DNA of 64,000 nt from Eledone cirrhosa (Eukaryota). A program made the position numbers and the translations under genes. Under the pieces are notes generated by a model that saw only the letters and a program-made list of their open reading frames with translations, was not told the DNA's origin and made no database searches. How positions within the stretch are numbered: position 1 is the stretch's first letter; every line of letters starts with the position of its first letter. Shown in pieces: positions 25,973 to 37,844 of this stretch. The stretch spans positions 276,644,001-276,708,000 of the forward strand of contig OZ024741.1 of the NCBI GenBank assembly GCA_964016885.1. The letters are read 5' to 3'.

Positions 25973-28900
25973 GCAGCATAAATGCGCGTGGCTTGGGGTC
26001 GTCATGGAAGCAGGGCCACCTGCTCAACGACCTCAGGTCACTAAACATAGATGTAGTGGCCATCAGTGAGACCAGAATCTCCGAAGCACGGGTCTTCGCA
26101 CCGATCTTCGGCGGCTACGATGTGTACGCATCTCCCAGACGTCCTGGATCGGGGGGAGGAGTTGCTGTGCTTTTTCGGAGAGGTTTGGATCTCGCCATAC
26201 GGGCCATCTTCCTGAACCCAGAGGGTAAGCTGGTGGTGCTGGACGTGACCAGCGGAGACGGGCAAGCTTTCAGGCTAGTGGCCGTCTATGCCCCGACAGG
26301 AGCAGGGCGGCCTGATTTCTTCCGGCGTCTGGAGACCTTTCTTGGAACGTCCCGCTCTTTAGTGTTAGTGTTGACTGGAACGGGATCTTAGATGCACGCT
26401 GGGACTGTGTGGGATTAGCGGATAGGGGTGGAGGGTGCAAGAGCCTCACCAACCTGCTTTGAACGTTTTGAACTGTCTGACAGGTACCGATTGGATTTCC
26501 CGAATGTGCCAATGTGGACTTGGACAAATCGCATAGGGTCATCCAGATCATATCTAGATAGAGTATTTTGTAGGGAAATAGATAGGTCAAGCATAGGCTG
26601 TCCACAATTCAAGATAGTCAGCTACACGGACCACAAATTCGTGATCTGTGTACTTGACTTAGATAGGCTTCATAGACGAGGACCCGGCTACTGGAAGCTA
26701 AACGCGTCCTTACCAGCGCGCAAGGCCTACAGAGACCGGATTAGCGAACTAGTTAAGCGGGCGTTGACGGCGGCCATCGTCAACAACAAGTGGTGGTTTG
26801 CTCTGAAAAGAGCGATTAGAATAGAATCCATTAGGTTTAGTAAGGCTTTAGCAATAGAGAAAAATAGAGCAGAGGGAGAACTAGTTAGAAAATTAGACGA
26901 GGCGCTTAGCAAAGGCATTGCGACCGACGTGCTTGCGGCGAAATTGGCCCTTGACCAGTTCTTCAATGCAAAGCACGAAGGCTGCGTTGTCAGAGCAAGG
27001 GTGCGTACTCTCAGACACGAGGGGACGAAAGCCGTTCAATGGGCCCGAGTGGCAGAGGCGCGTCGTGGCCACAAAGCCACGATCCGGTCTTTGGTGGACC
27101 ACGATGGGCGCATGCTACTCGATCCCGGGCAAATGTTTGAAGCTTTTCAGCGACACTTCGCTCAACTGTTCGGGGGCAGTGGCGGGCCGGATCGAGGGAT
27201 GGACTTTAGTGTCTACCTCGACGGACTGCCGCGGCTTTCGGCCACTGAGGCGGAGTGTTGCGAAAAGCCGATAACAACCGCTGAAGTACGGGATGCAATG
27301 ACTAGTTGCACAAGGGGTAAATCGCCTGGTTTAGATGGTCTGCCCTATGAACTTTACGTACAAATGCCAAACTTGTTCGGAGGCCTCTTGGCGAACGTCT
27401 ACTGCAACTGGCAACAGAACGGGAAAATTCCCAGCTCTGTGAGCCGAGGAGCGGTGGCACTGCTGAGAAAGGATCCGAACAACGGGGATAACATAGATAA
27501 TTTCCGGCCCATAACTCTGCTAAACACAGAGTTCAAGATTTGGGCCAAGGTGCTAGCAAAGAGGTTGGCGCTTGTCGTTGGTGGTCTGGTGGGAGAGGCG
27601 CAGACATGCGCCATTCCCGACAGATCCATCCACGACAACCTCCACCTCATGCGATACATCGTAGAGAGGGTAGCTAGGGAACCTGGCACGGGTAGGTCTT
27701 TGATCAATTTAGATCAGTCGAAAGCTTTCGATAGGGTCGACCATCGTTATATGGCGGCAGTCCTGAGGGCGGCTGGATTTGGGCCCGTCTTCAGAGGCTG
27801 GATCGCTGCCATGCACAGCGACATCTGCTCAGTGGTGAGAGTGAACGGTCACCTGTCGGAACCGTTCAACATCATGCGCTCGGTCCGCCAAGGATGTCCC
27901 TCTCGTCCCTCTTCTACGTATTGACTCTCGAGCCATTACTGCACAAACTGGAGACGTTGAGGGGCGTCCCGCGCGAACTAGGATGCGGAAGATCCGTGTC
28001 AGCATATGCGGACGATGTCACCGTAGTGGTGTCGAACGCCAAACACATCGAGGCGATCGGCACTACACTAAGAGAATACGAAGCGGTGACAGGAGCAATG
28101 ATCAACCAGGAAAAGTCAGTGGGCCTGCAGCTCGGCACCTGAAGAGGCAGGTCCATGCCGTCCAACAGCGTCGTCGGACGCTGGACAGACGGACCGGTTA
28201 AATTGCTAGGGGTCTGGTTCGGTCCGGACCTCCAGACGGACAAAAACTGGGACGAGGTGACGAGCAGGGTGGCTTCTCTCACCCAGAAATGGGCGGAGAG
28301 AAAGCTATCCCTGAAAGGTCGAGCGAAGGTGGCTAACGCGTACATCGCGTCTGTCATCTGCTACCGCCTGACCGTCGTACCTTGTCCTAAGCCTCGCCTG
28401 ACTGCGCTGGAGCGTTTGCTCTTTCGCTTTTTGTGGAAGGGACGCGCTCCGATGATCAGGCGGTCCATCTGTTGTCAACACCCGCTACGTGGAGGGCTGG
28501 GCATGCCGTGGTTGATGATGCGCAGGCACGCGCTCAGGCTACGACATCTCCACCTCTTCCTCGACGGTGATCAGGTGTGGTCGCCGTTTGCTAGACACGT
28601 ATTTCCCCAGCTCGTTTCCTTGACGGAACTGCAGTCCTGGGTCAAACGAAGACCGAGAGGTAGCGCCTGGAGACTGGAATGTCGTCAGGCGCTCACAGTC
28701 CTCGACCAATCGGGCAATGTGATCGGTGGAAACTCCACCTCGGCGTTCTATAGAGGATTAGTGGAGGGGAAGAGCGACGACGTACTTGGGGAAACTCTAG
28801 GCGTCGACGAAAATCAACTAGCCAATCTCTTCGGAAGAACTTTCGGGCCAGGGCCTATGGACAACTTCCAGAAATCTCTGGCCTGGCAGTGCTACCGAGG

Positions 28901-29372
28901 AGCCTTGCCAGTTCGGGATAAACTCTACAGGCATGGAGGTGCCGTCAGCCGGGCATGTCCGAGATGCGCGCAGGGCGACGAAACCGTCCTGCACGCACTC
29001 GTCCAATGTCCGAAAATTGCTGACTTGTGGGTTTATGTCGAACACCTGCTGTCGCGTTTAGGACGGATCCGGCTATCATCTGAGTCCATCGTGAGGATTG
29101 CCCCGCCCTCCTCCTTTAGCCGGGAAGGGCAGGCAGTTTTTATATGTCTGGTGGCCATGGCGAAAGAGATAGTATGGTGGACACGTTTGAAAGGGCTGAA
29201 GACGAGCACTTACCTCTTCGGTGATGCTCTGATTGACTTTTTCAAATTTCACTTGAAAAGGAAAATCAGAGTAGAGAGGGAAGTGCTCTCTTCCCAGCAT
29301 TTTGTTGAAAGATGGGTGAGAGAAGCAAGAATGGCCCGAGTGAATGGGCCTACTCTGAGTATATATCTGTAA
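25958..29372 (+). pseudogene. Tx1 ORF2 of copy C, disrupted, no ATG
   Basis: Same motifs as copy B ORF2; frameshifts near 26370, 26425 and 27900, stop at 28140. Confidence 0.9.
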
Positions 29373-29620
29373 ATTAAAGGTGGAAAACTGGGAGAGGTCA
29401 CTTGCCTTGGTGGTCAGGGTCATTGTGGCCTTTTACTGGGCTTTCTCCACAAATGTCCCTCCGAAGTCTCCCCCCTATTGGGGAATTTTTCATTGTTATT
29501 TTTTGTTGCATCCTCTGTTTTTGTTTTTTACACGCAGAAAGGCCCATTTGTACCGTCCTGTATTGTCCTGCACTGTCCTTAATGTCTACTTTATGTAAAC
29601 CCTTGTGGTTAATAAAGAAA

Positions 29621-29670
<50 letters not shown>

Positions 29671-30581
29671 CATAACGTTTTGCCTTACCTTAAAAATTGT
29701 AAATCGTTTTTATATAGTAAATTAATCTCATGGTGAGACTCGGTATCCTAAGTTTGGATTTAGAATGGTCATTGTGTAACTAGAAATTTCTGAATTTGCG
29801 GTTTGAAATATCTTTTGGCTTTCAAAATACTTAAATATCTTAAATGTTTACATATGATGAACGAGTTATCTTCCTTTGTTTACATTCTTCGTAAATCATT
29901 TTGTTCTGTCCAAATGTCCTGCTAATGTATATTTAACATGATTTATACAGTTTAATAATATACGAAAAATCATTAAAGGGAAACTATATATAATAAGATG
30001 TAATTACAGAAGTAAAATCGAAATAATAATACTTTTAAGAGTAAATATAACTACTAATTAATCCTGTAATGAAATGACAATCAATGAATTTAAATGATTT
30101 TATAATGAAAATAGAATAATTCAGATAATAATTCTTAACATAATATAAAATATATATACTGATGGTGATATATCCATGGGTTTTAGTAAATATCCTTATA
30201 CATATTTAATAGGTATTTAAACTTGCTTTAAAGATAAAAATATTTTTGAATATTGTAACAAAATATTTAGTAAATATATTACTTAATTAAACTATGGTTC
30301 TGATTGCTATAGAAAATATTTTTATATTGTTTAATTTCGATATAATATATTAGTATAATTAGCTTAAACATAACCAAATACAAAAGATATTAAAAACTTT
30401 CATGGTATTTAATTGGTCGCTTCTATTTGACTTAATATTTAAAAGTAACGGTCACACATCATTTCTCTTTCTCTTTTGCTGTTATTTCTTTCTGTTTTCT
30501 TTTTTCTTTCTTCTTCTCTCTTCTATCTCTTTCCCTTTTTCTTCCCTAATAAGTATATTTACGCATTTAAATATTTATGTA

Positions 30582-31691
30582 CCGTATATACTCGCGTATA
30601 GGTCGCCCCGGCAGATAGGTCGCATACTCACTTTTCATTTAACAAATAGGCTATTTGCCATTGACTCGTAGATAGGTCGGACTGAAATTTGGGCCGTCAA
30701 ACTACTATTTTTTATGATAATTGAAACTAATAATCTGTTAGCTTTCCATTACTTTACCATTGCGATATATACCTCAAACCATGTTTTATTTATTAACGTC
30801 ATCGAAATTTCGTCAATTCGAGATTACTGCGAGATAAAGCCTTTAAACGCGAAAATTAACTCTTAATATAGTGAAACAACTTGAAATAACACGTGTTTTT
30901 TAACAGATTTTTAGCATATCAAGATGGCTTCCCAAAGTAGCGAATACCGACTTTGAAGATTTTACATGCGACGACATTCGAAATGAAAAAGAAACACAAG
31001 ATAATATTAGTGATTTATCTTCAAATGAATCAGACGTATTTATTTCTGACGATGATAGTTACTTTGAAAGTGAAAGCGAAGATCTGACGGACACCATTGA
31101 AAATATTACAGCAACGTGGTTGAAAGATACAACACCAATACATGTTCACACCTATTTCCAAATTCTTCTACATAACCAACCACCTTTAACTTGAAAACTG
31201 TTTGATAACTTTTTCTCTTACCGGAATTCATATTTCTCAGTGAATTATAAAAAAAATTTCAACTATCAACTTTTCTCACTTGCTAATTTTGAAAAGAAAC
31301 GCCACATGCAATAATGTTTCCTGTTAAAGTAAATAGCTCACAATGCGTGTTCATAGCAACGCTAAGACGATGAAATCACATTTTAAATACCGGGTATGTA
31401 TTTCTATGGATTTTAATGACAGATGGTTCGGTCAGATAGAAAAAAACGTAAACAGTACGAAGTTTTAGTAACAAATTTAAAATCAAGAAATATATGTATA
31501 AGAAGGTAGATATATGAAATTATTATGTTAAATAATAAAAAAAATATTAAAGTTATTTTTATAAATACCCATCGTTGATTAAGTCTATGAAAAATCATTG
31601 GTCAGTCTGATGTCGATCGGATAGGTCGCACCCCAAAAATGTATACTTATTTATCGTTAAAAAAGAGCGACCTATACGCGAGTATATACGG
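30582..31691. mobile_element. Non-autonomous DNA transposon with Tc2/pogo-type 25-bp TIRs and TA TSD
   Basis: TA|CCGTATATACTCGCGTATAGGTCGC ... GCGACCTATACGCGAGTATATACGG|TA, a perfect TIR; subterminal ATAGGTCG repeats. Confidence 0.92.
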
Positions 31692-31799
31692 TATGTATTT
31701 ATTTATTTTCTTCTTGCATTTCCTTATACTCACCCCCTCCTTATACCTATATCTCGCTCCACATCCTCTTCTTCATTAAATTTAAGTTTATCATGTTAT

Positions 31800-32010
31800 T
31801 ATTTGTGGTATATAAATATTGAGATTTGTTGTAATAAATCACTGCCAAGACTGGAATTGAACCATCAAGACCATTGAGGTATGTCATACATCAATTCATG
31901 TATTTTATCTGACGAGGACATACTGAAAAAACAGCACAGTACCTTCGAAATATATATAATAAAACATATATTTTGATTATGTGAATGTTCATTTATTAAT
32001 ATTCTGAATA
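31800..32010 (+). mobile_element. PLE pLTR-like end (TATA-like box + hammerhead), homologous to 53070-53270
   Basis: GGTATATAAATATTGAG...GGTATGTCAT...HHR...TTAATATTYTGAAT shared between the two loci. Confidence 0.75.
31898..31967 (+). ncRNA. Type I hammerhead ribozyme
   Basis: ttttat-CTGACGA(31909-15)-g..tactg/cagta..c-GAAA(31947-50)-t-atat-ATA-ataaaa; intact core, 6-bp stem I, palindromic stem III. Confidence 0.8.
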
Positions 32011-32068
<58 letters not shown>

Positions 32069-32299
32069 ATAGAAACACACACACACACACATGTATATAC
32101 CACCCCACTCTCAAGAGCGTGAAACTAATAAACCTTTGTTCGTACTGCCTCTCTGTTTTGTTCCCGTTCCATTTTTCACTATATATATATATATATATAC
32201 ACATACATCCACACATACGCACATAAACATAAAGATATTATTAATGTTTGCCAATAACCAGATATTTCCCTTGTAGCGACATCAGTTCCGCATTCCAAC

Positions 32300-33890
32300 A
32301 TACATGTTGCTGTGGTTGTTGTTGTGTTGTTGTGGTTGTTGTTGTTGCGTTGTTGTTGTGTTGTGTAGTGGTTGTTGTTGTGTTATTGTTATGTCTCTGA
32401 AGTGGTTTGTGTTTAGATTGCTGTAGTTATTGTTGTGATGTGTTTGTTATATCGCTTGTGTTGTTTTTATACCCTGCTGTTGCTGTGGTTTCTAGGTCGT
32501 TGTGTTGTTGTAGTTGTTGTTGTGTCGTTGTAGCTGTTGTTGTTGTGAGGTGCGGTTGTTGTGGATGCTGTGGTTGTTATGCCACTTTAGTCCTTGTGTT
32601 TTTGATATGACTTGTTGTTATGACCTGTTGTTATGACCTGTTGTTTATAACCTGCTGTGGTTGTTGTTATACCGCTTTAGTCCTTGAATTGTTGTTATGA
32701 CCTGTTGTTGTTGTGAGCTCTGGTTGTTGTTATACCACTTTAGACCTTGAGTTGTTGTTATGGCCCGTTGTTATTGTTGTTGTTATATTTTTGTTAGCGT
32801 TAGAGTTACGGCCCTTTATGGCATGAGTTCAAATCCCGCCGAAGTTAACTTTGCCTTTCATCCTTACGGGGTCGATAAAATAAAGTACCAGTAATGTACT
32901 GGGATAATTGCTGGCCTTGTGCCAAAAGTAGAAACAATTATTGTTGGTTTTGTTTATTGCTGTTGTTGCTGTTATCATTTGTTGTGTGCCTCTTGCTGTT
33001 GTTATTGCCTGCTGTTTTGCTTACAGTTGTTATGTAGCTGTGCTTATCGCTACGTTGTTAATGTAGTTGTTGTTATGTAGCTGTGCTTATCGCTACGTTG
33101 TTAATGTAGTTGTTGTTATGTAGCTGTGCTTATCGTTATGTTGTTGTTATGCTGTTGATGTAGTTGTTGTTATGTTGTTGATGTAGTTGTTGTTATGTAG
33201 CTGTGCTTATCGTTATGTTGTTGTTATGTTGTTGATGTAGTTGTTGTTATGTAGCTGTGCTTATCGTTATGTTGTTAATGTAGTTGTTGTTATGTTGTTA
33301 ATGTAGTTGTTGTTATGTAGCTGTGCTTATCGTTATGTTGTTGTTATGCTGTTGATGTAGTTGTTGTTATGTTGTTGATGTAGTTGTTGTTATGTTGTTG
33401 ATGTAGTTTTTGTTATGTTGTTGATGTAGTTGTTGTTATGTAGCTGTGCTTATCGTTATGTTGTTGTTATGCTGTTGATGTAGTTGTTGTTATGTTGTTG
33501 ATGTAGTTGTTGTTATGTAGCTGTGCTTATCGTTATGTTGTTGTTATGTTGTTGATGTAGTTGTTGTTATGTAGCTGTGCTTATCGTTATGTTGTTAATG
33601 TAGTTGTTGTTGTGTTGCTGTGCTTATCGTTATGTTGTTAATGTAGTTGTTGTTATGTTGTTGATGCAGTTGTTATGTAGCCGAGCTTATCGTTATGTTG
33701 TTGATGTAGTTGTTGGTATGTTGATATAGTTGTTGTTATGTTGATGTAGTTATTGGTATGTTGTTATGTGGTTGCTGTAGTTGTTGTTATGTTGTTGTAG
33801 TAGTTGTTATGTGGTTACTGTAGTTGTTGTAGTTGTTGTTATGTTGCTCTGTTTATTGTTCTGTTCTTGTAGTTGTTGTAGCGTTGATGT
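32300..33890. repeat. (GTT)-rich low-complexity region and minisatellite (ATGTAGTTGTTGTTATGTAGCTGTGCTTATCGTTATGTTGTT-type units, ~33020-33720)
   Basis: Direct reading. Confidence 0.9.
32793..32942 (+). mobile_element. tRNA-derived SINE with Meta/MESC-like core
   Basis: B-box GAGTTCAAATCCC followed by GCCTTTCATCCTTACGGGGTCGATAAAATAAAGTACCAG and the ...GCCAAAAGTAGAAACAATTA tail. Confidence 0.88.
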
Positions 33891-34148
33891 AAGAAGAAGA
33901 TGGAAACCAATCCAAAACTAGATAATAACATATTACAGTAATAGTAAATCAGTTTTATGTTAAAACAGTAATTAAATAGTCTTAACGTTTTGGATGCTGG
34001 TCCATCATTAATTTATTTTGGCTCATTAGGTGTATGTATGTATGTATGTATGTATGTATGTATGTATGTATGTATGTATGTATGTATGTATGTATGTATG
34101 TATGTATGTATGTATGTATGTATGCATGCATGTATGTATGTGTGTGTA

Positions 34149-34179
<31 letters not shown>

Positions 34180-34288
34180 ATGTATGTATGTATGTATGTG
34201 GGTGTGTAAGTATGTATCAATCTTTCTAACCATATTATCATTTTGCTTCTTTCTCCCTTGCTCTTATCTCTCTCTCCCCCCTCTCCCC

Positions 34289-34387
<99 letters not shown>

Positions 34388-34863
34388 CATACACACAGAC
34401 ACGTATATATATACACAACATACACACACATATATATATATATGTATATATATATGTGTGTGTGTGTGTATGTGTGTAGTATATGCAATGGATTACGGAC
34501 CACTAATCATTTAATCCGCCGCAGATCAAAAACATTTTTGTTAAATATTTATGATCCTGTCTGTAGTACAATTCTATCAACACTGAGTCGGATCGATACC
34601 CAATAGTCTATTTCCGTGCAAGTACGAGTTCAGTGAGTGTCTCTGATGAAAGATTAACAAATCTTGAAAGAACGCTCTCTGACATTCTCAAAACTTACTG
34701 GCAGCTCTGGGATATATTCACAGAGGAAATTGTTACGAAAAAATATTTTTCTTTGATAGTGAGACTACCCATATGTTTATTATACACATCTATTGTACTT
34801 AAACGAGATCTTAGAGCTACTGCTAATTGTGTGTGTGTGAGTGTATATATATATATATTTAAA

Positions 34864-35000
34864 ATAATTGTTTCTACTTTTGGCACAAGGCCATCAATTA
34901 CCCAGTGCATTACTGGTACTTTATTTTATCGACCCCGGAAGGATGAAAGGCAAAGTTAACCTCGGTGGGATTTGAACTCAGACCGCAAAGGGACGTAATA
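34864..35000 (-). mobile_element. SINE, same family
   Basis: Reverse complement of the same B-box, core and tail. Confidence 0.88.
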
Positions 35001-35264
35001 GAGGTGTGACACACGAGTTGTGATATATTAGTAAAAAGGAAAAGAAAATGCTGACAAATTTTTCCCAGTGAAAAATAGTTTAATAAGGAATAAGTATAAA
35101 ATTAGTTAGTATTCAGTTTTAGTTTTAAGTTTTTACCGGTTGCACATTTCTTATGCTTTTCAAAAATAATTTTGAGATAGAGCGCTCGTGATTTTTGCTC
35201 TAGTCTGATCAGTTTTGGAAATTCTTCCTGTTTTATGTGAAAAAAGTGGCTTGGGAGGTATTAA

Positions 35265-35420
35265 GATTTGGTTGGTTGTTGAATGTCACGTGAATAAGCA
35301 CTATAAATTTCGCGCCAATTCATGTTGCAAAAATTCTTGTAGTCAAAACAATTTTGATTGGTCAGTAGAAGTCACGTGAATGTTTAAATTGATTTTAGCA
35401 CGAGCTGGTTTCGCGCCAAA
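35265..35420. promoter_or_regulatory. Duplicated CCAAT / E-box / E2F motif module
   Basis: GTCACGTGA at 35285 and 35371; TTTCGCGCC at 35308 and 35409; GATTGGT at 35356. Confidence 0.4.
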
Positions 35421-35507
35421 TGTAGGTTTGTCGATGAGTGTCTTTTTACGCTTGATTGAGTTGCAGTCATGTTGAGAGGTCAACAATTCAGGTGTCTATT
35501 AAGACAA

Positions 35508-35579
<72 letters not shown>

Positions 35580-35639
35580 CAAAGTGGTTCATTGTTGTGA
35601 TAATGGAAATGAATCGGTCAGTATCGACAAACCTACATT

Positions 35640-36380
35640 TATTACAAGTGAGTTTAACCGTTACTGTATGGAGAACAGATATTGTTCTCCATACCGTAAC
35701 ACACTTCTCTTTGTGTAATATATTTGTATTTGAACTCAGAAGAAATTTCTCTATTCTTCTTTGAGCTAATATTATTATTATTACTGTGAACTGCGGAATA
35801 CTCTTAATTCCGATCCTTGTATACTTAACGAACTCCAAATTGTTGAGCTAATAAATTCGAATGGTTGGGCTGCCCTCTCTAGCATTTTCCTCAATCCACG
35901 GGAGCCGTTATTTGATGCAAATAACACGTGATTTCGCCCTACTCTGGGCAGCGTGTATATTAGCTTTCTCTCTATCCATGAGGTTAGATGTGTCGTGAAC
36001 AGAATACACACTTGCTGACTGAGGAACCTATGGGCTGTTAAACTGCACATTTCTGTGGCGAAACGAACTAGATTCGTATCAGGAAGATTATAGTTATAAG
36101 GCTGGTAATTTAAAACTCTACTTCAGAGATTTGATTCTGACTTAGTTTTTTTCTTCTATTTAATTGCTAACCTGTAGATATTGTTCTCCATACAGTAACG
36201 GTTAAACTCACTTGTAATAATTCTTTACACACATCTCACTATGTAACACACTTCTCTTTGTGTAATATATTTTTATTTGAGCTCAGAAGAAAATTCTCTA
36301 TTCTTCTTTGAGCTAATATTATTATTATTACTGTGAACTGCGGAATACTCTTAATTCCGATCCTTGTTTACTGCTTTTTA
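35640..36380 (+). mobile_element. PLE/retrozyme-like non-coding unit: short inverted 5' piece + 125-bp direct repeats + hammerhead
   Basis: Direct repeats 35696-35820 and 36243-36367; 35640-35677 is an inverted copy of 36182-36219; internal HHR. Confidence 0.75.
36011..36086 (+). ncRNA. Type I hammerhead ribozyme with a stable stem III
   Basis: cttgctga-CTGAGGA-(stem II)-GAAAC-gaa-ctaga-ttc-GTA-tcaggaag. Confidence 0.8.
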
Positions 36381-36627
36381 CATTCATTTGATTTATTGAT
36401 TTATTGATATTTTATCTGAGTGTCCCGAATCGTCCATATCGTAATTTTTCGGTCGTATGGTTGATTTTAGACATGTTCTATGTGTGTCGGTATTTTAACG
36501 ATAGTTATAGCTCTGATTTATCTGAATTATTGAGCCCTCTGCCGCTCATTTCGAATTTTGTTTATCGTGAACTCGTGCGCCGATTTTTCGATACTCGATT
36601 ATTCTACTATATATATATATATATATA

Positions 36628-37429
36628 CGTTTAAATAGCTTGACAAATTGAACATTGTGGTAGGCAAAACCTAACGCACAATACCAAAGCAACGAAAAAA
36701 CTAACAGGTTAAAAAGGTACACCTGGACAAATTAAACGATATACGTTTAAAGTGTTTCTGTGAAACCGAAATCAAATATCCGACTTACGTAACAGGCACG
36801 CTCGTGGTATTCCATGACGAACAGAGGATTCATTTAATCAACAGGGGTTCCGTTCAGTCCAAAAGCGAGGTGGATTCTAAATGCTGCTGCAATGAGCGAG
36901 CTGAACGTACATTTAGTTATCACGTGTTATTTCCAACAAGGGAAGCAACCCCCAGTTTTGGCGGGTAGATTCAAAGTGTTAAACAAAGGAAATAATTTCC
37001 TTACAATTTCCGCTAACATTCAGAATAAAGCTCTCAACCAGATGTTATTAAACAAACACAAATAATTAACCAATCAACAGAATTGTCTAATTAAATTAAT
37101 TAGTTAATTATTAAATTAATTAGTTAATAACACGTGATAACTAAATGTACGTTCAGCTCGCTCATTGTAGCAGCATTTAGAATCCACCTCGCTTTTGGAC
37201 TGAACGGAACCCCTGTTGATGAAATGAATCCTCTGTTCGTCATGGAATACCACGAGCGTCCTTGTTACGTAAGTCGGATATTTGATTTCGGATTCACAGA
37301 AACACTTTAAACGTATATCGTTTAATTTGTCCAGGTGTATCTTTTTAACCTGTTAGTTTTTTCGTTGCTTTGGTATTGTGTGTTGGGTTTTGCCTACCAC
37401 AATGTTCAATTTGTCAAGCTATTTAAACG
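36628..37429. mobile_element. Foldback/MITE-like element with 304-bp TIRs, TA-flanked
   Basis: Arms 36628-36931 and 37126-37429 are near-perfect reverse complements; termini TA|CGTTTAAA...TTTAAACG|TA. Confidence 0.9.
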
Positions 37430-37539
37430 TATGTTATTACTCAAGGACCTACCCTTATTGAGTGGTTTGCTAACTCATTCATATTGTAGGTCGACTTTGC
37501 TTGCTCACAGCCAAAGCTTCGATTTTACTAAGATTCCAC

Positions 37540-37593
<54 letters not shown>

Positions 37594-37844
37594 GTATATG
37601 AGTGTGTGAGTGTGCGTGTGTGCGTGTGTGCGTGTATCTGTGTATGTAAGTGTGTGTGCATGCGTGTGTGTATGTGAGTGTGTGTGTTTGAATATGAGAG
37701 AGAGAGGGGGGAAGGGTGGGAGCGATGGGACAGATAGAGAAAGGGTGAGATAGAGATATAAACAGATAGGTACAGATATACAGATATAGTTAGGAATAGT
37801 GATATCATCTGTTGAAATGTATAAGTATATATATATATATATAT

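Larger units (their letters stand above)
23647..29622 (+). mobile_element. L1/Tx1-clade LINE copy C, full length, tandem to copy B, flanked by (TTA)n
   Basis: ORF2 and 3'UTR nearly identical to copy B; different 5'UTR/ORF1; ends AATAAAGAAATC then (ATT)n. Confidence 0.93.

Noticed and set aside
10797-29423. Antisense and alternate-frame ORFs over the LINEs
   Set aside because: Shadows of GC-rich RT ORFs; they recur only because the elements are near-identical copies.
29650-30570. AT-rich segment as continuation of the Naiad-like ORF or a host exon
   Set aside because: No recognisable motifs or long frames.
32793-32850. tRNA-like B-box GAGTTCAAATCCC
   Set aside because: SINE head followed by the SINE core; no cloverleaf.
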